Below, piece after piece: positions 30,173 through 40,106 of a stretch of 64,000 nucleotides of DNA. The position numbers were made by a program, and so were the translations under genes. The stretch's first letter is position 1, and every line of letters starts with the position of its first letter. Source of the DNA: Candidatus Latescibacterota bacterium (GTDB taxonomy: Bacteria > Latescibacterota > UBA2968); contig OZ240241.1 of NCBI GenBank assembly GCA_965198115.1, positions 160,001 to 224,000 of the forward strand, in the 5' to 3' direction. The notes below the pieces were generated by a model. That model saw only the letters and a list, made by a program, of their open reading frames with translations, had not been told where the DNA came from and did no database searches.

Positions 30173-31621
30173 CTATTCGACGAGTGAAGCCAGTTCGTGT
30201 TCGACCTGGACGATTTCGAACAGGTTGCGAAGAAACCAGGGGTCGATTCCCGTCAGTTCGAACAGCTCTTCGGGACCCAATCCCATTTCGAAGGCCGCGC
30301 GGATGTAGAACAGACGTTGCGAGTTGGGGACCCGGAGTTGGTGTTCGAGTGTTTCGTGGTCGAGCGTCGTCGGGTCGATGTTCTTTCCATCGGCTCCGAA
30401 GCCCGCGCTGCCGATTTCGAGCGACCGCAGTCCCTTTTGGAAAGCCTCTTTGAATGTCCGTCCGATGGCCATCGTCTCGCCAACCGACTTCATCTGCGTG
30501 CCGAGGAGGTCTTCCGTCTGCGGAAACTTTTCGAACGTCCATCGAGGAATCTTGACGACGCAATAGTCGATTGTCGGCTCGAACGAGGCGGGTGTCTCAC
30601 GGGTGATGTCGTTACGGATCTCGTCGAGCGAATACCCAACCGCGAGCTTCGCGGCGATTTTTGCGATTGGGAACCCCGTGGCCTTCGAGGCGAGCGCCGA
30701 GCTTCGGGAGACGCGGGGATTCATTTCGATCACGACGAGCCGCCCCGTGTCGGGATGGACCGCGAACTGGATGTTCGACCCCCCTGTTTCTACCCCGATT
30801 TCGCGGATGCAACGGAGTGCGGCGTCCCGCATGACCTGATACTCCTTGTCGGTCAGGGTCTGCGCTGGCGCGACGGTGATGGAGTCTCCGGTGTGGACAC
30901 CCATGGGGTCGAAATTCTCGATCGAACAGATGACGACGACGTTGTCCTTCAAGTCGCGCATGACTTCGAGCTCGAATTCCTTCCATCCGATGATCGATTC
31001 TTCGATCAGGATTTCGGTCGTGGGCGAAAGATCCAGACCGGTGGCCGCGGCACGCTCGAACTCTTCGGGATTGTAGGCCGTTCCGGCGCCCGTACCACCG
31101 AGGGTGTAGGATGGGCGGATGATGGCGGGATAGCCGATGTCGTCGACGACAGCTGTCGCCTCGTCGAGGGTGTAGGCAAAGCCGCCCCGAGGCAAGTCGA
31201 GTCCGATTTTGCGCATGGCACTCTGAAAGGCCTCTCGGTTCTCCGCCTTTTCTATGGCTTCGGGCTGTGCGCCGATCATTTCAACCCCGAATTCGGCGAG
31301 GACGCCGTCGTGATGGAGGTCCATGGCCACGTTCAGCCCGGTCTGGCCGCCGAGCGTGGGGAGGATCGCATCGGGGCGCTCTCGCTCGATGACGGCGGCG
31401 CAGACTTCGGGTGTGACGGGCTCGACGTAGGTTCGGTCGGCCATTTCGGGGTCGGTCATGATCGTGGCCGGGTTGCTGTTGACGAGAACGACCTTGTAGC
31501 CCTCCTCTTTGAGGGCCTTGCAGGCCTGGGTTCCGGAATAGTCGAACTCGCACGCCTGGCCGATGACGATCGGGCCGGAGCCGATTAGAAGGATGGAGTG
31601 CAGGTCGGTACGTTTGGGCAT
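30173..31621 (-). CDS. carB: Carbamoyl-phosphate synthase large subunit, N-terminal part
   Basis: [25 protein letters not shown], first ATP-grasp domain, ends IDPWFL... Confidence 0.95.
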   Translation of the reverse strand: MPKRTDLHSILLIGSGPIVIGQACEFDYSGTQACKALKEEGYKVVLVNSNPATIMTDPEMADRTYVEPVTPEVCAAVIERERPDAILPTLGGQTGLNVAMDLHHDGVLAEFGVEMIGAQPEAIEKAENREAFQSAMRKIGLDLPRGGFAYTLDEATAVVDDIGYPAIIRPSYTLGGTGAGTAYNPEEFERAAATGLDLSPTTEILIEESIIGWKEFELEVMRDLKDNVVVICSIENFDPMGVHTGDSITVAPAQTLTDKEYQVMRDAALRCIREIGVETGGSNIQFAVHPDTGRLVVIEMNPRVSRSSALASKATGFPIAKIAAKLAVGYSLDEIRNDITRETPASFEPTIDYCVVKIPRWTFEKFPQTEDLLGTQMKSVGETMAIGRTFKEAFQKGLRSLEIGSAGFGADGKNIDPTTLDHETLEHQLRVPNSQRLFYIRAAFEMGLGPEELFELTGIDPWFLRNLFEIVQVEHELASLVE

Positions 31622-31717
31622 TTTCAATTCTTGCGGACGACGATTCCTGCGGGCATAGAAACGCCTGCGACAACCGAAGCATCGCAGGCGGGGAGCACGA
31701 TACGGGCGTCTATAAGC

Positions 31718-32236
31718 CTAGAAATTCTGCTGGAGCAACACAAGGTAGACGAGGAGGAGTACGAACAGCAATGTGACGACGTAGAAAACTTTGAAAAACA
31801 TGTCCCGAGCGGTCGTTTTGCCGCTCCCGCTGTTGAACGGAAGCGGACCCTCACTGTCCTGGATGAGGGAAGGATAGCGCTCTTTTTCGATCAGTTCTTC
31901 GAGCTGGGGGTTGCAGTCTCGAATCGTCTTGAGAATCAAGCATTTGTTCCGAGCCACCTTTTCGGCAAACCGCTCGCGTGCGGATCGATCCTCGCCCTGG
32001 TCTTCGATGGGGAGGTCGTCATCGTCTTGCTGGTCTTCGATCAGACTGAGCGCCCGTGTGCGGGCAAGCTTCTGCGCTAATTCCTGCATCTGCTTCCGAT
32101 CGTGGACGTGCTGGCGGATGACTTTGCCGCAGACTTCGACGAATCGGTCGAGGTCTGCCCGAATCTCTTCTTCCGACAGCCCGAGGAGATAGGATTCCTC
32201 GATGAGCTGGTCGATCGTTTCGCTGGCTTCTGGCAT
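31718..32236 (-). CDS. Hypothetical protein with C-terminal TM anchor
   Basis: 172 aa; hydrophobic C-terminus; lies in the acpS-nnr gene run. Confidence 0.7.
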   Translation of the reverse strand: MPEASETIDQLIEESYLLGLSEEEIRADLDRFVEVCGKVIRQHVHDRKQMQELAQKLARTRALSLIEDQQDDDDLPIEDQGEDRSARERFAEKVARNKCLILKTIRDCNPQLEELIEKERYPSLIQDSEGPLPFNSGSGKTTARDMFFKVFYVVTLLFVLLLVYLVLLQQNF

Positions 32237-32248
32237 GTTCGTCTCGAG

Positions 32249-33835
32249 TCAGTGCAGCGCGTCGAGGAAATTCGACGGTGGCCGAACCGACTGTACGTAG
32301 CGATTCAATCCTGCTGTGATTTCTGCGTCCGCGGCGGGCAAAGCATCGACGATATCGCCGGCGATCAACCCTCGTTGCCCGGTGCGCGTTGCCGAAACAT
32401 CACCCGACAGCCCGTGCAGGTAGACGGCCAGGCAAGCCGCGCGGTCGGCGTCGCATCCCTGGGCGATCAGGCCCGCGATCGTGCCGGTCAAGACATCGCC
32501 GGATCCGCCCGTGGCCATGCCGGCGTTGCCACTGGGGTTAATATACATCCATCCGTCGCCAGAGGCGATGACGGATGGGGCACCCTTGAGAACGACGGTC
32601 GCCCCTGTCGCGTCGGCCAGCGACCTCGCGTCAGCCACGGGATCGTCCACCGAGCGTCCCATCAGCCGGGCGAATTCGCCGGGATGGGGCGTCAGGACAC
32701 GTGGGTAGTCCGACGCGAGCTGTTCGGGTCGACCCGTGTGCGCGTTCAGCGCGTCTGCGTCGACGACGGCCGGCATCTTTGCCGTCGCGAGCGTGCGACG
32801 GCAAAGATCGACCGTTTCGTGGTGCGTTCCGAGGCCGGGACCGATGGCCAAGACGTCGGCTTTGGCAAGCAGGCGGTCGATCTCGCCCGTCGCCCGACGT
32901 GCCAGGCACCGTGCTTTTCGCAACTCCGGCAGGGGGTGCGTCATCGACTCGGTCGAGTGGGCCTCGATCAGATCGAGTGTCGAACTTGGGGCGCCCACCG
33001 TAACCAAACCCGCGCCGACTCGAAGCGAGGCCCGAGCGGCCAGCGCTGCCGCACCCGTCGTGCCTGCAGCCCCAGCGATGAGGATGACGCGGCCGGCATC
33101 GCCTTTGTGTGCGCGAGGGTCTCTGTCCGGCAGCGCGGCTCCCAGCGCGTGATTCAAGAAGATCGGAGGCTGTGCCTCGATCGCCCCGGGCGAAAGACCG
33201 ATGTCGACGAGATGGAGCCGACCGCACGCCGCCCTGCCGGGGTAGAGAAAATGTCCGAATTTGGGCTGGCCGAACGTGATCGTATCGCCGGCGGCTGCGA
33301 CGCACCCGGCGCCCGTGTCGGCGTCCATTCCCGAGGGGACATCGATGGCAAAGATCGGTGGAGCGACCTCACGGAGGCACTCGATGACGTGGGCGACCGG
33401 GCCTTTCGGGGGCCCATTCAGGCCGGTTCCGAGCAGTGCATCGACAACGGCATCGGCTCCAGCGAGTTCGGCCTTCAAATCGCCCGGGACGGCGTCGTGA
33501 AACGTGACGTCCACGCCTTCACGCTCGGCACGGTCGAGGTGCGTTCGGGCATCACCGGCGACACGCTCTCGATCGGCGAACAACAGACACCGCACGTTCG
33601 AACCGAATCGACGGGCGAGACGTGAAATGACGAACCCGTCGCCGCCGTTGTTTCCCTTTCCGCAGAGGGCGATGATACGTCGCCCCCCGAATCCGCCGAG
33701 CGCGTCCCGGATGACTGTGGCCGCGCCGGCTCCAGCCCTTGCCATAAGAAGATGGCCGGGAGTACCTGCCTGGATGGTCTCGGCGTCGATCCCGGCCATC
33801 TGCTGGCCGGTGACGAGCCGAAGATGCTGGGTCAT
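32249..33835 (-). CDS. nnr: Bifunctional NAD(P)H-hydrate epimerase/dehydratase
   Basis: CGKGNNGGDG, DALLGTG, DVPSG, HKGDAG, IGPGLG, LTPHPGEFARL, ATGGSGDVLTG. Confidence 0.95.
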   Translation of the reverse strand: MTQHLRLVTGQQMAGIDAETIQAGTPGHLLMARAGAGAATVIRDALGGFGGRRIIALCGKGNNGGDGFVISRLARRFGSNVRCLLFADRERVAGDARTHLDRAEREGVDVTFHDAVPGDLKAELAGADAVVDALLGTGLNGPPKGPVAHVIECLREVAPPIFAIDVPSGMDADTGAGCVAAAGDTITFGQPKFGHFLYPGRAACGRLHLVDIGLSPGAIEAQPPIFLNHALGAALPDRDPRAHKGDAGRVILIAGAAGTTGAAALAARASLRVGAGLVTVGAPSSTLDLIEAHSTESMTHPLPELRKARCLARRATGEIDRLLAKADVLAIGPGLGTHHETVDLCRRTLATAKMPAVVDADALNAHTGRPEQLASDYPRVLTPHPGEFARLMGRSVDDPVADARSLADATGATVVLKGAPSVIASGDGWMYINPSGNAGMATGGSGDVLTGTIAGLIAQGCDADRAACLAVYLHGLSGDVSATRTGQRGLIAGDIVDALPAADAEITAGLNRYVQSVRPPSNFLDALH

Positions 33836-34212
33836 GAAGACGTGGCGCTCTCGGCGACGACCACCGCGATGGCTTGTGTGTCGGTGTGGGTCAGGCTGAC
33901 GAGGAAACGCCGGTCTCCGGCTAGTTCACCCGAGCGCCCGTGCAACGTCATTTGGGGTGCGGCCCCCGGGGCGCGGGTCACCTCGAGGTCGACCCACCGG
34001 ACACCCTTCTTCCACCCGGTACCGAGCGCTTTCATGGCTGCCTCTTTTGCGGCGAATCGGGCAGCCAGAGATCGATGGTTTTCGCCCTTGCGAAAGCAGT
34101 AGGCCTGCTCTTTGGGGGTATAGACTCGGTTCAGAAACCGATCGCCCCACCGGGCGACAGCGGCCTCGATTCGCGCGACGTCGACGAGGTCGATACCGAT
34201 CGAATGGATCAC
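33832..34212 (-). CDS. acpS: Holo-ACP synthase
   Basis: IGIDLV, ARFAAKEAAMKALGTG, VSLTH. Confidence 0.95.
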   Translation of the reverse strand: MIHSIGIDLVDVARIEAAVARWGDRFLNRVYTPKEQAYCFRKGENHRSLAARFAAKEAAMKALGTGWKKGVRWVDLEVTRAPGAAPQMTLHGRSGELAGDRRFLVSLTHTDTQAIAVVVAESATSS

Positions 34213-34311
34213 GGGACAGGCTTATCTCGACCCGATTGGGAAACCGTCGAAATAATACAGGAAGGGCCGGTGCCAGGCAACAACTTTGCCTTTCAACAGG
34301 GCGTTTTAAGG

Positions 34312-34806
34312 CTATTGGGTGAGGGTATCTACCGTTCCGTCGGGGTGACGGATCTCGAGCAGGTCTTCCTCGAAAACCATGGTCAATCCTTCTCCGTCCG
34401 ACCACGTCCACTTTTCGCCCTCTTCTGTGATCGTACCGGACGTCGATCTGTACTCTGTACTCACTCCCTCGGTGTAGTGCTGCGACAGGCCACCATTGAT
34501 TTTCATGTAGGTTAGCCTATCGTAGGAATCGGTGCCGTGGATGGCAATGTGGTCACCCTGAACCTGAACCGATTCAGGATCGTACGTTGTGAGAAAACTG
34601 AGGTGTGCGTGCGACGGGTCGGTCGGGAACCATTCCATTCGCCCACTGATCTGTGGAGGTCTGATCTCCCGGCCGTCGGGTAGCACGCGTGATTCCAGAA
34701 CCCAGATTTCTTTGAACGGGTCTTGCCATTCATCATCAGCCGTGCAACCGAAAGTCCCAGCGAGAAGAGGACAGAGAACGAGGGCAAAACGCCAGAAGAT
34801 CCGCAT
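34312..34806 (-). CDS. Hypothetical lipoprotein
   Basis: Signal peptide ending in TFGC; 164 aa. Confidence 0.65.
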   Translation of the reverse strand: MRIFWRFALVLCPLLAGTFGCTADDEWQDPFKEIWVLESRVLPDGREIRPPQISGRMEWFPTDPSHAHLSFLTTYDPESVQVQGDHIAIHGTDSYDRLTYMKINGGLSQHYTEGVSTEYRSTSGTITEEGEKWTWSDGEGLTMVFEEDLLEIRHPDGTVDTLTQ

Positions 34807-35066
34807 GGAGGCCTCAGATTTTCAGTTCGGGTCAAGTCAAATCGCCGCGAAATAAATGCCGGCCGTTGTCTTGTGTCAACTCGAATCCGGGATCGGTAGC
34901 TGCGGTAGCGCCCATCGAACGAGGGTCGTGTTATTGAAGCCCTCGCTCATCCGGGGCTGCTAAGCCGGTTTGCGGACATAGCGCTTGCTGCCCGAGACGG
35001 GAAAGAGGATATTTCGACGTCGTCCGGGAAGATCGTACCGTCGACATTTCAGTTTTTGGTTTGACA

Positions 35067-35154
35067 GGTGGGGTGTCCGAGTGGTTTAAGGAGCTGGTCT
35101 TGAAAACCAGTGACCTTCACGGGTCCGTGGGTTCGAATCCCACCCCCACCGCCA
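35067..35154 (+). tRNA. tRNA-Ser(UGA)
   Basis: GGTGGGG/CCCCACC acceptor stem, CTGGT-CTTGAAA-ACCAG anticodon arm, long variable arm, GTTCGAATC, CCA. Confidence 0.95.
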
Positions 35155-35245
35155 AGCCGACCCTTCGAAACCCTCCCAAGCTTGCGATAGTCCCTTGTTT
35201 TAGTTAATCTTGAAGTCTGAATTTTCCGATGTTAGATAAACTCAA

Positions 35246-35337
35246 GGAGAGGTGCTGGAGTGGTTGAACAGGGCGGCCTGCTAAGCCGTTGCAGGGGTAC
35301 TCCCTTGCCGAGGGTTCGAATCCCTCCCTCTCCGCCA
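35246..35337 (+). tRNA. tRNA-Ser(GCU)
   Basis: GGAGAGG/CCTCTCC acceptor stem, GCGGC-CTGCTAA-GCCGT anticodon arm, long variable arm, CCA. Confidence 0.95.
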
Positions 35338-35348
35338 AAAATCTCGTG

Positions 35349-35473
35349 GGTCGTGGGCGGTTTGCGGTCGGTGGTAGCTGATTTCCGCCCATCCTGATGT
35401 GCCACCGAGCAGGGCCACATCCTGAATGACAAGGTCGGGCGGTGCCCACGACCGCCCACCGCTCACCACCGAC
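35349..35473. repeat. Imperfect inverted repeat of degenerate 7-mers
   Basis: GGTCGTGGGCGGTTTGCGGTCGGTGGT ... GCCCACGACCGCCCACCGCTCACCACCGAC. Confidence 0.55.
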
Positions 35474-35479
35474 GACCTC

Positions 35480-36913
35480 ATGTCCACGGAAGTTCTCCGA
35501 TTCGCCCCCTCGCCGACCGGCGGATTCCACGTCGGCAACGCACGAACGGCCATCTTCAATCATCTCTACGCGAAGCACTACGGAGCATCCCTTCGACTTC
35601 GTGTTGAAGATACGGATCGCGATCGATCGACGGACGCATCGCTGGAGACCATCGAGCAGGGGCTTGCGTGGCTCGGTGTCGATTTCGATGGCGAGCCCGT
35701 CTATCAGTCCAGGAACGAGACCGCCCATCGGCTTGCGGTCGAACAGTTGCTTGCCTCTGGCGTGGCGTACCGATGCTACGCCGAGGCGGACGAGTTAGAG
35801 GCGATTCGGAAGCAGGCGCAGAAGGACAAGCGCGGTGCCAGGTTCCCCGTCGCTGCGCCTGAAGAAATCGAGGCGCTCGAGGCGGCCGGTCGTTCTCCCG
35901 TCATCTATTTTCGCATCCCCAGTGGCGAAACTACGTGGGACGACGTGATCCGGGGCGAGAGTCGATGGGAGAACGAGGTGATCGGCGACTTTGTCATCCA
36001 GCGCTCGGATGGCACGCCGACCTACAATCTGGCTGTTGCGGTCGACGACCACGACATGGGTGTCACGCTCGTGCTTCGAGGCGCCGATCACATCTCCAAC
36101 ACCCCCAAACAGATCATGTTGTGCGAAGGGCTCGCGTGGACCGTCCCTCGATATGGCCATTCGACGTTGATTCTCGGTTCGGACGGGAGCAAGCTGGGTA
36201 AACGTCACGGCGCCACGACCGTGACGGAGTATCGCGAGCAGGGACTTCTGGCAGCGGCCCTCTACAATTTTCTGGCTTTGCTGGGATGGGCACCGGGTGA
36301 CGGCAGGGAGGTCTTTACGGCGACCGAACTGGCGGATGCGTTCACGGTCGAAGGCCTGCTCAAGAAGGACGCGATCTTCGACGAAACAAAGCTTCTGTGG
36401 TTGAACGGCGAGCACGTAAGAGCTATGACGGGTGACGCCCTCCTGCCGCTGGCTGTGCGCGAGTGGGTCGACGCCGGTTTCCTGTCGGAGCCGGAGGTCG
36501 ATGCGCGTCGATCCGAGCTCCTCAGGATCGTTGCCATGATGCAGCCGCGCGTTGAACGTCTTTCGGATTTTAGACACGCGCACTACTTTTTCGCCGAGCC
36601 CGAAGGATACGATGAGAAGGCGCTCAAGAAGCACTGGAAGACCGACACACCCGATCGTCTGACACGATTCTCCGAACGTCTGCGCGCGCTCGGCGCGTTC
36701 GACGAGGGCGCTGTCGAGGGCGCAACACGGACCCTCGCCGGCGAGTTGGGGCTCTCGGCCTCGAAGCTGATCCACCCGACGCGTCTGGCCCTGTGCGGGG
36801 TGAGTTTCGGGCCTGGACTTTTCGAACTGATGGAGGTCATGGGCAAAGAAACGTGCCTGCGCCGGATGGACTGGGCGCTGGCCGTGCTCGCCCCAGAGCA
36901 ACGCGTGTCCTGA
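35480..36913 (+). CDS. gltX: Glutamate--tRNA ligase
   Basis: RFAPSPTG, HVGN, RVEDTD, RGADHISNTPKQ, KLGKR. Confidence 0.95.
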   Translation: MSTEVLRFAPSPTGGFHVGNARTAIFNHLYAKHYGASLRLRVEDTDRDRSTDASLETIEQGLAWLGVDFDGEPVYQSRNETAHRLAVEQLLASGVAYRCYAEADELEAIRKQAQKDKRGARFPVAAPEEIEALEAAGRSPVIYFRIPSGETTWDDVIRGESRWENEVIGDFVIQRSDGTPTYNLAVAVDDHDMGVTLVLRGADHISNTPKQIMLCEGLAWTVPRYGHSTLILGSDGSKLGKRHGATTVTEYREQGLLAAALYNFLALLGWAPGDGREVFTATELADAFTVEGLLKKDAIFDETKLLWLNGEHVRAMTGDALLPLAVREWVDAGFLSEPEVDARRSELLRIVAMMQPRVERLSDFRHAHYFFAEPEGYDEKALKKHWKTDTPDRLTRFSERLRALGAFDEGAVEGATRTLAGELGLSASKLIHPTRLALCGVSFGPGLFELMEVMGKETCLRRMDWALAVLAPEQRVS

Positions 36914-36921
36914 ATCTGCGC

Positions 36922-36995
36922 TGCCCCCTCGTCTAATGGCAAGACGCCTGACTCTGGATCAGGTAATCGGGGTTCGAATCCCTGGGGGGCAGCCA
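36922..36995 (+). tRNA. tRNA-Gln(CUG)
   Basis: TGCCCCC/GGGGGCA acceptor stem, CCTGA-CTCTGGA-TCAGG anticodon arm, GTTCGAATC, CCA. Confidence 0.95.
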
Positions 36996-37050
36996 TTTTT
37001 ATGCCCACGCAAGAGCGTTCGGTAGCACACGTGATACATAGGTGGACGAT

Positions 37051-38751
37051 ATGGCAGAAGAAAAACGGACCGAAGACAAGAACGAGGGTCGGAACACACT
37101 CGGCTTCATTCGCGAGGAAGTTGAAGCGGATACGGCGAGCGGCCGATTCGACGGCAAGGTAATGACGCGTTTTCCGCCGGAACCGAACGGCTACCTCCAC
37201 ATCGGTCACGCGATGGCCTTCGCACTGGACTTTCGTGTGGCCGAAGAATTCGGGGGGGTTTGCAATCTGCGCTTCGACGATACCAACCCCGCCCGCGAAG
37301 AGACCGAGTATGTCGATGCGATCCTGGAGGACATCAGGTGGTTGGGATTCGACTGGGGGGACCGTCTCTACTTCGCGTCGGACTATTTCTCGACACTTTA
37401 CGAGTATGCCGTCCGGCTGATCGAGAAGGGCAAGGCGTATGTGTGCGATCTCTCGCCCGATGAGATGCGCGAATATCGTGGGACGTTGACCGAGCCGGGC
37501 AAGGATAGCCCCTACCGGGAACGAAGCGTCGAGGAGAATCTGGATCTGTTCGAACAGATGGTGGCCGGCGCATTCGAGGAGGGGGAAAAGACGCTTCGTG
37601 CGAAGATCGACATGGCTTCGCCCAACATGAACTTGAGGGATCCAGTGATGTATCGGATCCTGAAAACACCGCATCACCGAACCGGCACACGATGGAAGAT
37701 CTACCCGATGTACGACTTCGCACACGGTCAGTCGGATTCGATCGAAGGGGTGACGCACTCGCTGTGTTCTCACGAGTACGTCGATCACCGACCGCTCTAC
37801 GACTGGTATATTGAGGAACTGGAGATCTTTCCGTCCCGTCAGATCGAATTTGCCCGAATCAATGTCACACACTGTGTGACGAGCAAACGAAAGCTGTTGC
37901 CGCTGATCGAGCAGAGCGTCGTGAGTGGATGGGACGATCCTCGGATGAACACGCTACGGGGCATGCGGCGACGGGGTTACACGCCGGAGGCCATTCGCGC
38001 CTTCATCGATCGAATCGGCGTGACGCGTAGGCAGACCACGGCCGAGATCGAGTTACTCGAGGCGATGCTCAGGGAGGACCTCAACAGGAGAGCGCCGCGT
38101 CGATTGGGTGTGATGCGCCCGCTCAAGGTGATCATCGAGAATTATCCAGAGGGTGAAGAAGAGACGTTCGATGCGGTCAACAATCCCGAGGACGAGGGCG
38201 CCGGGACACGACCGATTCCGTTTTCGCGTGAGATCTACATCGAGCGCGACGACTTTATGGAGGATCCGCCGCGCAGGTTCCAGCGGCTGGCCCCAGGTCG
38301 CGAAGTTCGGCTGCGTTACGCCTGCTACGTGACGTGTAAGAATGTCGTGAAGGATGAGCAGGGAGAAGTCGTGGAGCTACGGTGCACGTTCGATCCCGAA
38401 AGCCGAGGTGGAAGCACGCCGGATGGCAGAAAGGTGCGAGGGACGATTCACTGGGTGTCTGTCCAACACGCCCTCACGGTCGAAGCACGGCTCTACGACC
38501 GCCTGTTCACGGTTCCCGATCCGGAGGATCACGAAGAGGACTTCGCCGAGGTGCTGAATCCGGATTCGCTGGAGGTGATTCCTGAAGCCTACGTAGAGCC
38601 GAGTCTGGCGAGGGCAGAGTCAGGGTTTCAGTTTCAGTTCGAACGACTGGGGTACTTTTGCGTGGATCAGGATTCAACGGACGATCGGCTGGTGATCAAC
38701 CGCACGATCAGCCTTCGTGATTCGTGGGCGAAGATCGCAGCGAAGAAGTAG
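37051..38751 (+). CDS. glnS: Glutamine--tRNA ligase
   Basis: [46 protein letters not shown]. Confidence 0.96.
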   Translation: MAEEKRTEDKNEGRNTLGFIREEVEADTASGRFDGKVMTRFPPEPNGYLHIGHAMAFALDFRVAEEFGGVCNLRFDDTNPAREETEYVDAILEDIRWLGFDWGDRLYFASDYFSTLYEYAVRLIEKGKAYVCDLSPDEMREYRGTLTEPGKDSPYRERSVEENLDLFEQMVAGAFEEGEKTLRAKIDMASPNMNLRDPVMYRILKTPHHRTGTRWKIYPMYDFAHGQSDSIEGVTHSLCSHEYVDHRPLYDWYIEELEIFPSRQIEFARINVTHCVTSKRKLLPLIEQSVVSGWDDPRMNTLRGMRRRGYTPEAIRAFIDRIGVTRRQTTAEIELLEAMLREDLNRRAPRRLGVMRPLKVIIENYPEGEEETFDAVNNPEDEGAGTRPIPFSREIYIERDDFMEDPPRRFQRLAPGREVRLRYACYVTCKNVVKDEQGEVVELRCTFDPESRGGSTPDGRKVRGTIHWVSVQHALTVEARLYDRLFTVPDPEDHEEDFAEVLNPDSLEVIPEAYVEPSLARAESGFQFQFERLGYFCVDQDSTDDRLVINRTISLRDSWAKIAAKK

Positions 38752-38816
38752 GCGTAACTGCCCGTTGCTGAAAAATGGAGATGCGGCCCCGTCGCGTGGT
38801 GGTGATGGGCCGCTTG

Positions 38817-39956
38817 CTAGTTGGGAAGACCTGCTTCGAGGAGGGCTGAACGCAACTGGGGCTCCGTTCGATACCCCACGAGGTGTTTGCGGACGGTACC
38901 CTCCGGGCCGAGAATCAGCGTCGTGGGAATGCCAGTGATGCCGTAACTGCGACTCACGGTGTAGTTCTGATCGATCAACGTTGTGAACGTGTAAGCGTTT
39001 TCGTTCAGAAACTGCTGCGCGACGACCGGCGCATCGGTGCTGATGGTGAGGACCACCAGGTCGGTGCGCTCTTGCGACAGCTTTTGAATGTGCGGGAGAG
39101 CTTTACGACACGGCGCGCACCAGGTCGCCCAGAAGTCGATCAGTACGTGCTTGCCGCGCAGTGACGCCAGCGAAACCGTCCAACCTTCGAGCGAGGGGAG
39201 TGAGAACAGGGGCGCCTCGCGTCCCTCGAGTCCTGAGCGCGACGGGGCACGCTCGCGCGCCGTGAGTTCGGCCGCACGTATCGTGAGATCGCCTTCTTTC
39301 TGGACGTATACGAAGTCGTTCGGATTGGCCGGACTCCCGAAACGGATGTTTTCGATCGTCAACAGTGCACGGGGTTCCCCGTCGGGCCCGAAGACTCGCA
39401 TCTGACGGAGAAACAGGTCCGATCTTCCCAGATCGAATTCCGCACCACCCTCGCCCGGATCGGCGCTGCGGAGTTCGACCAGGAGCGAGGGAGCTTCGCC
39501 GGTGACCGAGGCTACGCGAAGTCGATCACCAGCCAGTTCGATGAACGTCTGCGTGCCGATACCGCCGAGCGCTAACAGAGGGTCTACGGCCGCCTCCCGG
39601 TCTTGAGCTGTGGCGAGGTCGTATTCGACAACCCGGCGGCGCACGGAGTCGTCGGTTTCAACGATATGCCAAAGGTGCTGTCCGTCTGTCTGTAGGACGG
39701 TTTCAATTCGGCCGTTCGGTGTGTCGATGTTGAGGTCCACCTTGGCTCCGGGGGCCTGGTAGACGCCGCGGCCCTGACCCACGAGTGGACCGTCGGTCCC
39801 GATCGTACGGTGCGTGAAGTCGAATCGTACAGTCCGTTGCTTCGCCGCTTCGACGATCTGGTCCATCAGCGCATCGATCTGCTCGGCGCAGAGCGTGACC
39901 TGACCACTCAGAAGACTGACGACGAGGAGCGTCGCGGTGTAAAGGCGTGTGTTCAC
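38817..39956 (-). CDS. Exported LolA-like domain plus TlpA/redoxin fusion
   Basis: Signal peptide; beta-rich N-domain; LIDFWATWCAPC and GIPTT. Confidence 0.8.
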   Translation of the reverse strand: MNTRLYTATLLVVSLLSGQVTLCAEQIDALMDQIVEAAKQRTVRFDFTHRTIGTDGPLVGQGRGVYQAPGAKVDLNIDTPNGRIETVLQTDGQHLWHIVETDDSVRRRVVEYDLATAQDREAAVDPLLALGGIGTQTFIELAGDRLRVASVTGEAPSLLVELRSADPGEGGAEFDLGRSDLFLRQMRVFGPDGEPRALLTIENIRFGSPANPNDFVYVQKEGDLTIRAAELTARERAPSRSGLEGREAPLFSLPSLEGWTVSLASLRGKHVLIDFWATWCAPCRKALPHIQKLSQERTDLVVLTISTDAPVVAQQFLNENAYTFTTLIDQNYTVSRSYGITGIPTTLILGPEGTVRKHLVGYRTEPQLRSALLEAGLPN

Positions 39957-40106
39957 GGGATTCCTGTGGCCTGTTGCCTACCCGTAGAGACCGGGGTTCG
40001 GTGTAACCTACGTGATTCATTGAATATACGTTTGTGAAGGGTTGGGTCACCGGCTATTTTACGCGCGATCTTGCCAAACGTGAACACAGAGGACGGAGGA
40101 ACGCAC

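Noticed and set aside
30197-33625. Long plus-strand ORFs of 463 and 507 aa
   Set aside because: They are antisense to carB and nnr, typical of high-GC shadow frames
35067-35154. tRNA-Sec or opal suppressor matching the rhodanese TGA
   Set aside because: The anticodon is UGA, which reads UCA (Ser); Sec needs anticodon UCA and a longer acceptor stem
35067-36995. Prophage or island integrated at the tRNAs
   Set aside because: No integrase or duplicated tRNA 3' end is seen, and the flanks are housekeeping genes
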